Assembly (NCBI GenBank): GCA_964481635.1
Contig: CAYZTU010000001.1
Coordinates: 149,669-213,668 of the forward strand
Origin: an uncultured Synechococcus sp.
Lineage (GTDB): Bacteria > Cyanobacteriota > Cyanobacteriia > Gloeomargaritales > Gloeomargaritaceae
Direction of reading: 5' to 3'
DNA length: 64,000 bases
Made by a program: the position numbers and the translations under genes. Of the stretch, positions 32,271 to 40,859 are shown one piece after another. Position 1 is the first letter of the stretch, and the number at the start of each line of letters is the position of its first letter. A model generated the notes under the pieces. That model searched no databases. It had not been told where the DNA came from and saw only the letters and a program-made list of their open reading frames with translations.

Positions 32271-33959
32271 TTGATGAAAATCCTGTTCTGCGGCTTGATT
32301 GTCTTGGGAGTTATGGAAATTCAGGCTAATGCTTTAGCCCAGGTCGGACCCATTGACCCTAGCCGGATTCAACAGGAGTTGCAACCCCCTCAGGTGCCCA
32401 CCCGCCCCGAAGAAATTACCATTCCCCGTCGGGATGAACCCACCGCCCCCCCCGGCGCAGAAAATGTGCGCTTCATTTTGAAAACGTTGGACATTCAAGG
32501 GGTAACCGCCTTCACCCCGGAGCAACTACAACTTCTTTACCAAGCCAACATCAATACAGAAATTTCCCTCGCAGAATTGTATATTATTGCCGACCAATTA
32601 AATAATCTTTATCGTCAGGGAGGCTACATTTTAACCCGGGTCTTAGTGCCGGAACAAACCATCCAACAGGGTGTGGCTCGCATCGAGGTGGTAGAAGGCT
32701 TTGTGGAGGCGGTAAAGTTCGTCGGTACGACCCCGGCGCAGGAGAACAGGTTGCGGGGTTTTGGGGAGTGGATTCAACGCTCTCGTCCCCTCAAATCCTC
32801 TGCCCTGGAACGGAATCTATTATTGATGAATGATTTGGCGGGTTATGAGGTGCGGGCGAGGCTTGACCCTGGCCAGGAAGTCGGGGGCAGTGTGTTAACT
32901 TTAGAACTAATCTATGACCCATTTGACCCATTTTTTGAAGTGAATAATTGGGCACCCGATTCCGTGGGGCCAGTGCGATTGCAAGGGGGGGTATTTTTGA
33001 ATTCCTTGGGCAATCAGGGGGAACGGTTTAGTTTGAGTGCCGCCACCACACCTTTTGATTTTGAAGAATTAGCTAGTGGCCGGTTTGACTTCCAAATTCC
33101 CATCGGTTTTGACGGGGTGACCTTGGCCACCAGTGCCAGCTACACGGGCACCCAACCGGGGGCGGAAGTTGCGCCATTTCTGGTGACGGGGGAAAGTTTT
33201 AACTTTAATCTCGGCTTGAGTTATCCCCTGATTCGTTCCCGGCAATTAAATCTATCCTTAAATGGCTTATTTGATTTAACCAATAGCACGGTTGCCACCC
33301 GTTTTTTGGGGTTTCCCATTGTTCTCAGCCAAGACCGGATTCGTTCGTTGCGGGTGGGGGCGACCGTGGACAATATCAATGCCGTGGGGTTTACTTCCGC
33401 TTCGATTTTGCTCTCCCAGGGGTTGAGCGGTTTGGGGGCACGGTTGGAGGGCAGTGAAGGGGCACCCCTCTCCCGGGCGAATGGTCAGGCAACGGGGTTC
33501 AAGGTGAACTTGAATTTTGCCCAGTTGTTCACCCTACCCCAGCAATTTAATCTTTTGCTAACGGGAGCGGGGCAGGTGGCCAGTACCTCCTTGCTGGTAT
33601 CGGAGCAGTTTGGCTTGGGTGGACCCAGTTTTGGATCGGCCTACAACCCTTCCCAATTGTTGGGGGATGATGGCTACGGGTTGCGCCTAGAATTGCAACG
33701 GCCAGTGAATTATCGCGCCGGGACGACGCCGATGGTCAGCCAGCCCTATGCCTTTGTGGATTATGGACAGGTGTTTTTGAAACAACCCACGGCGGCGGAG
33801 CCGGGGAATCGGGAGTTGGCTTCCGCAGGGTTAGGACTGCGCCAATTTATTAGTAATTATCTGCAAATGCGTTTGGAATTAGCCTTTCCTTTGAGTAAAT
33901 TTGTGCCCCAGTTTGAGCAAACCCCCCGATTATTATTTAGCGTTCAGGGAGTGTTTTAG
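32271..33959 (+). CDS. TpsB outer-membrane transporter (ShlB/FhaC/HecB family haemolysin activation/secretion protein with POTRA domains).
   Basis: Signal peptide, a POTRA-like N-terminal region, and a C-terminal beta-barrel ending in a terminal F. Positioned immediately downstream of tpsA. Confidence 0.8.
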   Translation: MMKILFCGLIVLGVMEIQANALAQVGPIDPSRIQQELQPPQVPTRPEEITIPRRDEPTAPPGAENVRFILKTLDIQGVTAFTPEQLQLLYQANINTEISLAELYIIADQLNNLYRQGGYILTRVLVPEQTIQQGVARIEVVEGFVEAVKFVGTTPAQENRLRGFGEWIQRSRPLKSSALERNLLLMNDLAGYEVRARLDPGQEVGGSVLTLELIYDPFDPFFEVNNWAPDSVGPVRLQGGVFLNSLGNQGERFSLSAATTPFDFEELASGRFDFQIPIGFDGVTLATSASYTGTQPGAEVAPFLVTGESFNFNLGLSYPLIRSRQLNLSLNGLFDLTNSTVATRFLGFPIVLSQDRIRSLRVGATVDNINAVGFTSASILLSQGLSGLGARLEGSEGAPLSRANGQATGFKVNLNFAQLFTLPQQFNLLLTGAGQVASTSLLVSEQFGLGGPSFGSAYNPSQLLGDDGYGLRLELQRPVNYRAGTTPMVSQPYAFVDYGQVFLKQPTAAEPGNRELASAGLGLRQFISNYLQMRLELAFPLSKFVPQFEQTPRLLFSVQGVF

Positions 33960-33961
33960 GA

Positions 33962-34080
33962 TACCGCTATTGATTAGCTACACCACACCAGCCAACAAAA
34001 TAAGCGGTCGCAGGGGCATAACCACCGTCTCTGGTTCTCGTTAACTTTGATGATTCTCGTAAATCATCTGTGATTGCTAG
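33962..34080. repeat. MITE-like repeat copy R8 (AAGCGGTCGCAGGGGCATAACCACCGTCTCTGGTTCT ... GTGATTGCTAG).
   Basis: Core and right TIR. Sits directly next to the left end of the IS605-family element. Confidence 0.55.
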
Positions 34081-34094
34081 TTTAAGTATTTTTT

Positions 34095-35697
34095 ATAGAA
34101 TATGAGCGGAAAACCCGGCTGCTTGCGGCGGGGATGGATAGCGAATCAACAAACAGCGCGCGTAGCGCATCCTTACAAAATAAATGCTATAATGTAAGGT
34201 ATGACAGAACGTGCTTTCAAGTTCCGCTTCTACCCAACTCCTGAGCAAGAAACCTTGCTTAGAAGGACGCTTGGCTGTGTAAGGCTGGTGTATAACCGTG
34301 CCCTCGCAGCCAGAACAGAGGCTTGGTATCAGCGTCAAGAGCGAATTGGGTTTGACATACTCCACCGCCCTAAAGGGCAGGGATTCTAAACCTCACGATT
34401 TAGATTTCTGCTTCTTTCTCTTTCGAGCCTTTCGCAACTGCCTCTACTCTCAAGGAGTTTTGGTCTTATGTTCGCTCCACAGACTTCAAGCTATTCCCCG
34501 CTTTCCCGGATGCCCCTCGGTATGGGGTTGGAAAAACTTGTTTTTTGTTTTCCCGATGTAATTCTAACAAAGTTTTTGTAAAGCCGCCCTGAAAGGGCGG
34601 GGTTTTAGACCCAGTTTTTTGATAACCAATCGTCCGCAATGCTGACCGAGTGGAAGCGGGATGAGGGGCTGAGTTTTCTGAGCGAGGTAAGCTCTGTCCC
34701 TCTCCAACAAGGATTGAGGCATCTGCAAACCGCATTCAGCAACTTCTGGGCAGGCAGAGCGCAATATCCCAACTTCAAAAAGAAGCGGAACGGGGGTTCT
34801 GCTGAGTTCACCAAGTCGGCATTCAAGTTTAGAGATGGTCAGGTGTTCCTGGCTAAATGCTCTGAAGCCTTGCCGATTCGTTGGTCTAGGCAGCTTCCTA
34901 AAGGTGCTGAACCCTCTACCATCACAGTCAAGCTGGAGCCATCGGGTCGCTGGACTGTTTCGCTGTTGGTGGATGATCTGACTATTCAACCGCTACCAAA
35001 AACTGACAAAGCGATTGGGATTGATGCCGGAATTACCAGCCTGGTTACAACCAGTGACGGTGAGAAGGTGTCCAACCCTAAACACTTTGCCAAGCTCTAT
35101 CAGAAGTTGAAGAAGGCTCAGAAACGGCTAAGCCGCAAGCAAAAAGGCTCTCGCAATCGGGATAAGGCACGGCGCAAAGTTGCCCGTGTCCATGCCGAGA
35201 TTAGAGACTCTAGACACGATTTCCTGCACAAGTTGACAACGCAATTGGTGAGAGAAAACCAAACCATCGTTGCTGAGTCGCTGGCAGTGAAAAACATGGT
35301 CAAGAATCGGAAGTTGGCAAAGTCGATTTCTGATGCTGGATGGAGCGAAATGAACCGCCAACTGGCCTACAAAGCTGAGTGGTATGGTCGTAACTTTGTC
35401 CAGCTTGACCGATGGTTCCCTGGTTCTAAAACTTGCTCGAAGTGTGGGCATAAAGTTGATTTGCTTCCTCTAAATGTTCGTGAGTGGGATTGTCCTAAAT
35501 GCAATGCTCACCATGACCGGGATGTGAATGCTGCTATAAACCACTTAGCTGCTGGACAGGCAGTGTTAGTCTGTGGAGCGACCGTAAGACCTGAAGAGAG
35601 CAAATCTCGGAAGGCTGGTGCTATGAAACAGAAACCTAAGCCGTGAGTCTTAGGAATCCTCGCTGCTTGCGGCGAGGAGGATGTCAATCGCTGCCAA
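34095..35697 (+). mobile_element. IS200/IS605-family TnpB-only insertion element (IS1341-like). Subterminal hairpins share a GCTGCTTGCGGCG motif, at 34113-34134 on the left end and 35657-35678 on the right end.
   Basis: Imperfect palindromes at both ends flank a tnpB gene. No tnpA is present. The right end abuts the stop codon of the methyltransferase gene. Confidence 0.7.
34201..35646 (+). pseudogene. tnpB: tnpB (RNA-guided endonuclease TnpB/OrfB) interrupted after codon ~58 by a roughly 240-bp insertion (34376-34613) that carries in-frame stops.
   Basis: N fragment begins MTERAFKFRFYPTPEQETLLRRTLGCVRLVYN. C fragment has SEVSSVPLQQ, a RuvC-like D/E/D region and a CxxC...CxxC zinc finger. 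Both fragments are in the same frame. Confidence 0.75.
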
Positions 35698-35698
35698 C

Positions 35699-36436
35699 TC
35701 ACATTTTTTGTGCCATAAACCGTAATCGTACATAATCCACAACCCAGACCCCAGCCGGTTGATAAAGTTGGGGACGCAACCGTGCCACGACCTCAGCGAT
35801 AAAATCGTCCCGTTCCTCTGGCCGTATCCACGCCAGGGAGGACTGGGCAAACATCAGCAACCAATCCCGCAAATCTCCAGGTAAAGGGGTGGGACGCGGG
35901 ATTAGTTCAATGGTGGGCACCCGAAAGCCCTGGGCGGCCAGCAGTTGGCGATAGGTGGTGGGGTCGGGAAAAAAACACGGGTACGGCACGTTCAGTCCCC
36001 GGGCAGCAAAGGTCGTCTCCATGGCCGTGAGGATGGCGGCGATATTGCCCCGCCCCCCAAACTCCCCGACAAAACGGCCACCGGGTTTGAGGGCACGCCA
36101 CACCCCGGCGATCACCGCTGTCGGCTCCAGCATCCAATGCAAGGCCGCATTGGAAAAAACCGCATCAAATTCCTGGTCAAACGCCAGGGCGGTTCCATCC
36201 ATGACCTGGGCGGTCACTCCCCGGGATTGGGCGGCAGCGACCATCTCCGGGCTGGCATCCACACCGAGGACGGTCGCCCCCACTGCCTGGAGTTTCACGG
36301 TTAACGCCCCATCGCCACAGCCCAAATCCAGGATGTGTTCCCCCGGTTGGGGTGCGAGTAAACCCACAACTGCCTCGCCCAAATCGGAGACAAAGCGGGC
36401 GGTTTGGGCGTACTGCTCAGGATTCCAGGTTTGCAC
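35699..36436 (-). CDS. Class I SAM-dependent methyltransferase (trans-aconitate methyltransferase-like).
   Basis: SAM-binding motif ILDLGCGDG and an acidic loop VLGVDASPEM. Confidence 0.8.
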   Translation of the reverse strand: MQTWNPEQYAQTARFVSDLGEAVVGLLAPQPGEHILDLGCGDGALTVKLQAVGATVLGVDASPEMVAAAQSRGVTAQVMDGTALAFDQEFDAVFSNAALHWMLEPTAVIAGVWRALKPGGRFVGEFGGRGNIAAILTAMETTFAARGLNVPYPCFFPDPTTYRQLLAAQGFRVPTIELIPRPTPLPGDLRDWLLMFAQSSLAWIRPEERDDFIAEVVARLRPQLYQPAGVWVVDYVRLRFMAQKM

Positions 36437-36444
36437 TTGTCCAA

Positions 36445-37155
36445 CTACTGCATGGCACGGTTCAGGGTTTGATGGAGCCGCGCCACCACCGGCACCACCG
36501 GGATGCTGGGGTCATTAAAAACCGTCTGCGCCGACAGGGGGGAGCGGCCATAGAAGGCTTCCGTCCGGTCACGGTTGAAGGAAATACGGTTGCCAGAGAG
36601 GGTCACCCCGGCGAATAAACCGGCACTGCGGGAGTAGGCAAAAATGTCCGTATTCCCCGGCGTATCCGTAGGCATCACCGCATTACTCCCCACCGGGCCG
36701 GCGGCCACCCCCACATCCCCACCCAGATTTACCGACTGGCGCAGGAGACTGCGTACCGCCCGTTGGTTCATAAACACCAGCACAATATCCGAGGATTTTG
36801 CGCCCGCTTGCAGGCCAAAACTGCCCCCGGAAAGGCCGACAAAAATCGGGTTACCCCAGCGGCCTTTGTCATCTTTTACCGTAATAATGCCGGAACCGCC
36901 CGTGCCGCCAAAAATAAATCCCGCCGTGGTGACGTTGGGGATAATGGCAATCCCCTGGGCTTGGCGCATCACGCTACTGGGAATGCGTTGGTTGGGGTTG
37001 GCCATGAAGGAGGCAAAGGTGTCGGCGGCATTTTGGATTTGTTCTTCCCCATCTTCCGCCTGAGCCGGTACGGCGACGGTGATCACGACTGCGGGGATCA
37101 AACCCATGAGCATGGCATAGCGCATCCCATTCACTCCCAGAACTAGCGATTGCAA
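36445..37155 (-). CDS. SYLF (Ysc84-like, DUF500) lipid-binding domain protein with a signal peptide.
   Basis: Glycine-rich SYLF core (GGTGGSGIITVKDDKGRWGNPIFVGLSGGSFGLQAG). The start may be the internal MRYAML. Confidence 0.65.
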   Translation of the reverse strand: MQSLVLGVNGMRYAMLMGLIPAVVITVAVPAQAEDGEEQIQNAADTFASFMANPNQRIPSSVMRQAQGIAIIPNVTTAGFIFGGTGGSGIITVKDDKGRWGNPIFVGLSGGSFGLQAGAKSSDIVLVFMNQRAVRSLLRQSVNLGGDVGVAAGPVGSNAVMPTDTPGNTDIFAYSRSAGLFAGVTLSGNRISFNRDRTEAFYGRSPLSAQTVFNDPSIPVVPVVARLHQTLNRAMQ

Positions 37156-37309
37156 TTTAATGTACCACCCCTGAGACGGCGACAGACCGGACTCGGGTTC
37201 CCTGGGTTCGGTAAAAGTTATCCCCGGATGACCAACGGATGTTTCCCACTTGTGCTATTGATGTGATTATTAGTGATAATTCAAAACGTAAATTCATCCC
37301 TGCAAAACG

Positions 37310-39109
37310 ATGGTGCTTTGGCAACAGACCGCTCGCTTGAAGGAATCCCCCTGGGCAGAACCGGGAATTGGCCGGGGGCGGCAGGCGATGGTGCTGATTG
37401 GGGGCATCAGTTTTGTCTTGTTTGCTGGGTTTGGGAGCCGGTTGGCCTACCTGCAATTGGTCAAAGGCCAGGAACACCAGCAGATGGCGGATAGTAACCG
37501 CATTCGCCTGATTCCCAAACCGCCGGACCGGGGGCGGATTTTTGACCGGCAGGGACGTTTGTTGGCGGGCAGTCGCCTGTCCTATTCCGTATTTCTCTGG
37601 CCGATTGCCCAACGCCCCCAGGACTGGCAAAATACCCTTACCACCCTGGCGCAACTGCTGAATATTCCCGAAAAGGAGATGAAAAACCGCCTGGAGCAGG
37701 CCGGTTACTTTTCTCCCTACCTACTGCGCTTGGCGCGGGGGATTGGTCCGGCGCAAATCACCGCCTTGATGGAGCATAGCGACACCCTGCCGGGGGTGAT
37801 TTTGAACGCCGAACCGATCCGCTACTACCCCCAGGGGGAATTGTTCTCCCATGTGCTGGGCTACACAGGGGAAATTAGCGAGAAAGAACTCGAAGCCCGC
37901 CAAAAGGAAAACTACCGCATCGGCGATGTGATTGGCCAAATGGGGGTCGAATCTGCCCTAGAATCCCGCCTGCGGGGGGAGTGGGGGGGGCAACAGGTGG
38001 AGGTGGATGCCCAGGGGCAGGTCTTACGCATCCTGGGGAAAAAGCCTTCCGTGGCGGGGCAGGATGTCACCCTGACCTTGGATTTGGATTTGCAAAAAGC
38101 GGCGGTCAAGGCTCTGGGTACCCGCCGGGGGGCGGTGGTGGCGATTGACCCCAGGGACGGGGCGGTGCGGGCGATGGTCAGTTATCCGGGGTTTGACCCG
38201 AATATCTTTTCCGGGCGGGTCACGCCGCAGCAGTGGCAGGAACTGCAACGCCGGAGTTTTCCCTTTGTGAACCGGGCATTGCAGGGGTATCCTCCCGCCA
38301 GTACGTTTAAGATCATTACCACCACGGCGGCTCTAGAATCCGGTCGCTACCCGGCCAATACGGTCTTGGCGACGTTTCCGTTTTTGACCGTGGGGGGGAT
38401 TCAGTTTTGGGATTGGAATCGGGCGGGGTTTGGGCCGTTGGACTTCACCGGGGCGATGGCCTGGAGCAGTGATACGTTTTTTTATCAGATTGCCCTGGGG
38501 GTGAAGGAAAAACCGATCGCCGAGTGGTCTCGTCGCTACGGGTTTGGGGAAAAAACCGGCATTGAGTTGGCGGCGGAAGAAGCCAAGGGGTTGGTGCCCG
38601 ATGAGGCCTGGAAGCTCAAAAACCTCCAGGAGCCGTGGTACGTCGGGGATACGGTGAATATGTCCATCGGCCAGGGATTTATGCAGACTTCGCCTTTGCA
38701 AGTGGCGGTCATGTTTGCGGTGGTGGCGAATGGCGGTGACCGGGTGCGCCCCCACCTCTACCAAGCTTCCGGGGATAGTCCCAGCCAGTGGCGAACGCCC
38801 CTGGGTCTGCAACCCACCACCATTGATATTTTGAAGCGGGGGTTGCGCCAGGTGGTCACCGGGGGTACGGGTGGAAAATTAAACGTCAGCCATTTACCCC
38901 CAATTGCGGGCAAAAGCGGCACGGCGGAAGACCCCCCCCGCCAGAGCCATACCTGGTTTGGTGCCTACGCCCCGGCGGACAAACCGGAGTTGGTGGTGGT
39001 GGCCTTCGGGGAAAACTCCGGGGGCGGCGGCGGCAGTCTCACCGGACCGATGACCTTGCAGGTGTTAGAAGCCTACTTCGCCCAACAGAAAAAGCAGGGT
39101 CGCCGATGA
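37310..39109 (+). CDS. mrdA: Penicillin-binding protein 2 (class B transpeptidase).
   Basis: Active-site STFK, SSD and KSGT motifs. N-terminal TM helix and dimerisation domain. An alternative start at 37388 (MVLIGGISF) is plausible. Confidence 0.85.
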   Translation: MVLWQQTARLKESPWAEPGIGRGRQAMVLIGGISFVLFAGFGSRLAYLQLVKGQEHQQMADSNRIRLIPKPPDRGRIFDRQGRLLAGSRLSYSVFLWPIAQRPQDWQNTLTTLAQLLNIPEKEMKNRLEQAGYFSPYLLRLARGIGPAQITALMEHSDTLPGVILNAEPIRYYPQGELFSHVLGYTGEISEKELEARQKENYRIGDVIGQMGVESALESRLRGEWGGQQVEVDAQGQVLRILGKKPSVAGQDVTLTLDLDLQKAAVKALGTRRGAVVAIDPRDGAVRAMVSYPGFDPNIFSGRVTPQQWQELQRRSFPFVNRALQGYPPASTFKIITTTAALESGRYPANTVLATFPFLTVGGIQFWDWNRAGFGPLDFTGAMAWSSDTFFYQIALGVKEKPIAEWSRRYGFGEKTGIELAAEEAKGLVPDEAWKLKNLQEPWYVGDTVNMSIGQGFMQTSPLQVAVMFAVVANGGDRVRPHLYQASGDSPSQWRTPLGLQPTTIDILKRGLRQVVTGGTGGKLNVSHLPPIAGKSGTAEDPPRQSHTWFGAYAPADKPELVVVAFGENSGGGGGSLTGPMTLQVLEAYFAQQKKQGRR

Positions 39110-40701
39110 GTCCTGGGCAGACTGGGCTACCGGTGATTTTGCTGGCGAGTCGGGAACCCATCCTGCGTTTGGGGCTATCCCAGTGGCTAGAGCAACAAAA
39201 TTTGGCGCAGGTGGTGACCAGCGACCAACCCGGGGATTTACAAAATCTGCTCAATGAACGGCTACAACAGACCCAGCCCCTGGTAGATGTGCTGGTTTTG
39301 GATTGGGAACTGGCGGATATTCCCCTGTGTGAATCGCTGAAACGCCGTTACCCGCACCTGCCGATTGTCGCCCTCGGCCCCCCGGTGACCCGGGATCAGT
39401 TGCTCCGCTATCAACAATTGGGTTTGGCCGCCTATGTAGAACGATACACACCGGCGGCGACCCTCTGGCAATGGATACAAGCGATTTCGGGTGGCTATTC
39501 CCCCTGGTTGCAACCGGAAACCGTCGCCCCCCGCTGGCGTTCCCAGTTATACCAACAGGGCTTGAGGCAGATTGAGGCGGCACTTGACCAATGTCAGCGG
39601 TGGGCACACCGTCCCCGCCCCTGGCTGGAGCAACAGATCACGCGGGGGCGCATCCGGGAGTTGCACACCGCTCGCCGCCTTTTGACCTGGCTGTGGCGAC
39701 CGGGTGCGGTACTTGCCCCACCCCCCCAAGTCAGCCATCCCCCCCTGGCTCTGCCCCCTGGAGAACGCTTGAGCCGGGTGCGGCAACAGTTCAATCAACC
39801 CGTGACCAACGCCAGCGGTCTGCTGTTGGAAACCGACCTGCTCCGGTTTGAGAAGCAACGGGAACTCTGGAACACCATCCTCACCCGTTGGGAAACCCTG
39901 TTGGCGGAGTTGATCGAAGCCCGCATTACCCCAACCGACCTGGCAAGCCGTTGCTCCGACCTGGTACAACGCCTGTGGCAGGAAGCCCTGACGGATTTTA
40001 TCGGTCGCTACTATACCCTGGACGGCCAGGATGTGATCGATACCCTCCTTGCCCAGGAGGAGACGGTGCGGGGGTTAATTTTGGACAAAATTCCCCTGGT
40101 TTCTGACCTCTTTAATTTTTATCTGTTTCAAAACCCCCTACGGATTGATGAGGTGCTGTACGCAGCCAATAGCCAAATCGCCAGCGACCATGCCGCCATC
40201 TTGCTGGAAAATCTGGTTCTCCAGGTGGCCAATGGGGTGGTGCAACCCTTGGTCAACCGCTTTCCCCACCACGAATCGGTGAAGCAACGATTTTACCGGC
40301 GCAACCTCATCTCCACCCGAGAAACCGAGCGTCTGCGGAATCAACTTTCCCAACGCTATCGCTGGCAACGCTACTGGGACGAACCCCGCGCCATTTTTGA
40401 GAGCCGTTACCAACTCCTGCGGATTCAGAACCAAGCCATTGTCCGCTACCCAGTGTACAGCGGTCGTACTGCTGAACTCGCCCAACTCCAGGGCATTCCC
40501 TGGCTGGTTACCCTGGGGTTGGAATTTCAAGATGCGATTGCTCCGGTACTCCGGGCGGTGGCAAATTATATCGGACGCACCAGTGCTTATCTACTCACCC
40601 GCATTATTGGCCGGGGGTTGGGCTTGATTGGGCGGGGAATTTTGCAGGGTATTGGCAGTACATTGCAAAACAATCGTTCCCGGGAGACTTCCCAGTTGTA
40701 A
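39106..40701 (+). CDS. Degenerate receiver-like (pseudo-REC) N-terminal domain protein with a large C-terminal domain of unknown function (possibly DUF3685/Ycf55-like).
   Basis: N-terminal VILLASREP...VDVLVLDWELADIP...PIVAL resembles a CheY-like fold, but the first acidic residues are replaced. Translationally coupled to mrdA by an ATGA overlap. Confidence 0.5.
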   Translation: MSPGQTGLPVILLASREPILRLGLSQWLEQQNLAQVVTSDQPGDLQNLLNERLQQTQPLVDVLVLDWELADIPLCESLKRRYPHLPIVALGPPVTRDQLLRYQQLGLAAYVERYTPAATLWQWIQAISGGYSPWLQPETVAPRWRSQLYQQGLRQIEAALDQCQRWAHRPRPWLEQQITRGRIRELHTARRLLTWLWRPGAVLAPPPQVSHPPLALPPGERLSRVRQQFNQPVTNASGLLLETDLLRFEKQRELWNTILTRWETLLAELIEARITPTDLASRCSDLVQRLWQEALTDFIGRYYTLDGQDVIDTLLAQEETVRGLILDKIPLVSDLFNFYLFQNPLRIDEVLYAANSQIASDHAAILLENLVLQVANGVVQPLVNRFPHHESVKQRFYRRNLISTRETERLRNQLSQRYRWQRYWDEPRAIFESRYQLLRIQNQAIVRYPVYSGRTAELAQLQGIPWLVTLGLEFQDAIAPVLRAVANYIGRTSAYLLTRIIGRGLGLIGRGILQGIGSTLQNNRSRETSQL

Positions 40702-40755
40702 AGGGTTTAGGCTTACGTTAGGTTTCTTGGTTGTCTGCCCTAGTTGGAGAATTTT

Positions 40756-40850
40756 TATAGCAAAATCATCCAATTAGCGAACAGAAATTGTGAAGAACAG
40801 AAGCGGTATCCCTACAACCTTTGTTCCAAAATCAAGAGGGATTGCTATGG
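40756..40850. repeat. MITE-like repeat copy R9 (TATAGCAAAATC ... GAAGAACAGAAGCGGTATCCC ... GGGATTGCTATGG).
   Basis: TIRs and a partial core. Flanks the 3' end of the coiled-coil gene. Confidence 0.55.
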
Positions 40851-40859
40851 TATCAGCCA

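Noticed and set aside
34364-34610. Two 29-bp hairpin-forming direct repeats separated by ~195 bp, considered as a possible CRISPR array.
   Set aside because: There are only two copies, the spacing is far longer than any spacer, there are no cas genes, and the repeats sit inside a tnpB gene. They are better explained as the ends of an inserted element.
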